From: an uncultured virus (IMG/VR IMGVR_UViG_2645727884_000004)
Taxonomy: Duplodnaviria; Heunggongvirae; Uroviricota; Caudoviricetes
IMG/VR virus record: IMGVR_UViG_2645727884_000004
Coordinates: 59,196 to 79,195 of that record
Strand: one strand, 5' to 3'
Length of the DNA: 20,000 nucleotides
The translations under genes and the position numbers were made by a program. Numbering within the stretch: the first letter of the stretch is position 1; each line of letters starts with the position of its first letter. Shown in pieces: positions 18,500 through 20,000 of this stretch. The notes below the pieces were generated by a model, which saw nothing but the letters and a program-made list of their open reading frames with translations, was not told the DNA's origin and searched no databases.

Positions 18500-18578
18500 C
18501 ACCGAGGCCGCGCTGCTGAGCTGCGCCAACCAGGTGCTGGGGTGCATCCAGCGCCAGGACGCCCAACGTCCGAAGTGA
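18312..18578 (+). CDS. Rz1-like outer-membrane lipoprotein spanin (LysC-type)
   Basis: Overlaps the Rz 3' end in the +1 frame; SD GAGGAG; signal peptide with lipobox LAG/C (GLCLLALAGC); Pro-rich and Cys-containing mature part (CPLVPCVLP...CANQVLGC). Confidence 0.82.
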   Translation: MTRLSMSICAGLCLLALAGCTNGPRPPTQAPTAGRQFCPLVPCVLPARPAVLVNDQWRQALDDTEAALLSCANQVLGCIQRQDAQRPK

Positions 18579-18587
18579 AGGAGCGGC
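18578..18587. repeat. Left arm of 10-bp inverted repeat AAGGAGCGGC
   Basis: Perfect reverse complement of 19144-19153; abuts the stop codon of the 184-aa gene and overlaps the last base of the Rz1 stop. Confidence 0.9.
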
Positions 18588-19142
18588 TCAGGGGAGCAGT
18601 TTGAAGAGTCGGAGCATTCTTACCGACTCTTCATCTTGTCCTGCTATTGAGACTTCGCCCCGATTCAGTGTCGTCCAGGCGCCATCGGTGAACGCTGCTA
18701 ATTGATTGGCCGGAATAAGCTGGTGGATTATTGGATAGCGTTCTGTGTAGCACTTCCACGCCCCGATCATGTGCTCTTTAAGCTCATCTTCGGTGTAGGG
18801 CGAGCAACGCATGCTGGCGGCGAATTTTGCGGCTCCAGCGAAGTGCCTGGCCTTCTTGCCTCCTCTGTAGGTGCATGCAATTTGCTTGAGGCATAGAAGG
18901 GCTGGGTAGATGGTTAGGCAGCGAAGCCACCAATAGATGCCTTGGGCCTCCGGCTCTCCCTGCATTCTCTTGAGTAGATCGTTGATAATCTCTCCAGTGT
19001 CCAGGTCAATCGCTCTGAGCACGAGATGCGGCATCATTTCGCCGTTGTTGCTGGTGAGAATTCGGTCAGATGCTAAGTGCAGGAAGTCGGTCTTGAACGT
19101 GACCAGTTCGTCATAGTCGAGATAGGCGATTTCGAAGGCCAT
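18588..19142 (-). CDS. Hypothetical accessory (moron) protein, 184 aa
   Basis: SD AAGGAG 5 nt before ATG; lower GC and non-host codons (TTA, AGA, CTA, ATT); no family recognised. Confidence 0.75.
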   Translation of the reverse strand: MAFEIAYLDYDELVTFKTDFLHLASDRILTSNNGEMMPHLVLRAIDLDTGEIINDLLKRMQGEPEAQGIYWWLRCLTIYPALLCLKQIACTYRGGKKARHFAGAAKFAASMRCSPYTEDELKEHMIGAWKCYTERYPIIHQLIPANQLAAFTDGAWTTLNRGEVSIAGQDEESVRMLRLFKLLP

Positions 19143-19143
19143 G

Positions 19144-19153
19144 GCCGCTCCTT
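19144..19153. repeat. Right arm of 10-bp inverted repeat (contains the SD of the 184-aa gene)
   Basis: GCCGCTCCTT on +, read as AAGGAGCGGC on -, 1 nt from the ATG at 19142. Confidence 0.9.
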
Positions 19154-19325
19154 GGCTGGGCAGTTATTTGGTAGGTTTCGAGTTCTCGGCGATCTTCGCC
19201 GCCATATGGGCGTCGTCATCGATGCTCAGCGGACGGGTTTGCTTCCTGGCCTTGGCTCTTTCCCCGGGTGGCAGCGCTGGGTGGGTTGTTCTGAAGGAGT
19301 TACGGAGCAGGCATAAAAGGAGAGA

Positions 19326-19823
19326 TCAGGCTATCTGGAATGCTTTGGCGAACATATCCAGCCAGGCATCAGGCGCGTTCAGGTTGCGAGTGTCGAAGTC
19401 TCGGCCCCAGTGTGCAAGCCAGCTTTCCAATTCGTCACAACTGTATTCGCCATTGGCTAGGCCAAGGACAATTGTTACCAGTTCGTGGCCTGGGGCGGTC
19501 AACTCGTAGCCATTCATCAACAAGAAAAGGAAACCGGCGGCTGCTGCCGTGCGCTTGTTGGCGTTGGCAAACGGATGGTTCCGCACGATGCTTTCCATCA
19601 GCGTGGCTGCTAGCCGGTACATGTCGTTCGTCTGTTCGTAGAAACGAATCTGTGCCGGGCGCTGCTGCGAGGAAGACAGCTCATTGGGCTTCAAGACTCC
19701 GACCATTTCGTCCGGAGTCTGAAGCCTGATCAGTTGCTGGTTGATGAAGATAAGCGCGTCAACGGTGAGGTAGCGAATGCCTTCGCAGATTTCACCGTAC
19801 TGGGAGAGATCCTTCTCGGCCAT
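19326..19823 (-). CDS. doc: Death-on-curing (Doc/Fic family) type II toxin
   Basis: Doc-type Fic motif HPFANANKRTA (HxFx[D/N][A/G]NKR); IRYLTVDALIFIN, LSSSQQRP and FLLMNGYEL segments typical of Doc proteins. Confidence 0.88.
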   Translation of the reverse strand: MAEKDLSQYGEICEGIRYLTVDALIFINQQLIRLQTPDEMVGVLKPNELSSSQQRPAQIRFYEQTNDMYRLAATLMESIVRNHPFANANKRTAAAAGFLFLLMNGYELTAPGHELVTIVLGLANGEYSCDELESWLAHWGRDFDTRNLNAPDAWLDMFAKAFQIA

Positions 19824-19826
19824 GGC

Positions 19827-20000
19827 TTATACCTTGGCCAGCTCCTCAAGCGCTTTCTCATAACGCTGGAAAGCCATGCAGAAAGCCTTCTCAAGCTGGA
19901 CCTGGTACTCACCTTCAGCCGGACGCGCCACTGCCTCGCCGCGAGACTTGTCGCGCGGGGGAATGTAAATGCGATCAGGTTTTTTCAGTGCGTGGCCCAT
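19827..20000 (-). CDS. Putative Doc-cognate antitoxin (57 aa; may extend beyond the window)
   Basis: Manually translated: MGHALKKPDRIYIPPRDKSRGEAVARPAEGEYQVQLEKAFCMAFQRYEKALEELAKV*; stop 3 nt before the doc ATG; C-terminal RYEKALEELAK resembles the YxxALxELA tail of Doc-associated antidote proteins. Confidence 0.7.
   Translation of the reverse strand: MGHALKKPDRIYIPPRDKSRGEAVARPAEGEYQVQLEKAFCMAFQRYEKALEELAKV

Larger units (their letters stand above)
1..20000. mobile_element. Temperate siphovirus / prophage late region plus accessory moron block
   Basis: Continuous head-tail-lysis gene order with translational coupling; no frameshifts or internal stops seen in the structural genes. Confidence 0.92.

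Noticed and set aside
19141..19509. 122-aa hydrophobic + strand ORF, and a short open minus frame in the doc-orphan spacer
   Set aside because: No SD; the + ORF overlaps doc antisense; the minus frame lacks a supported start.

Overview
High-GC window (codon usage looks Pseudomonas-like; host is an inference) holding most of the late operon of a temperate, long-tailed (siphovirus-type) phage or prophage on the + strand. Head module is lambda-like: partial gpW-like gene, portal, ClpP-type protease-scaffold, decoration protein, gpE-like major capsid, head closure, tail terminator. It is followed by the tail tube, tape measure and a non-lambda tail-tip module of six genes, then a SleB/Hydrolase_2 endolysin with Rz/Rz1 spanins and no adjacent holin. 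Five terminator-like hairpins punctuate the operon. From 18588 to the end is a lower-GC, convergent minus-strand accessory block: a 57-aa putative antitoxin absent from the ORF track, a Doc/Fic toxin and a 184-aa orphan. The most unusual signal is that the orphan CDS is bracketed exactly by a perfect 10-bp inverted repeat (AAGGAGCGGC) containing its own Shine-Dalgarno. This could be a 3' anti-SD translational lock or an invertible cassette. All family assignments come from motif recall and synteny, not from database searches.
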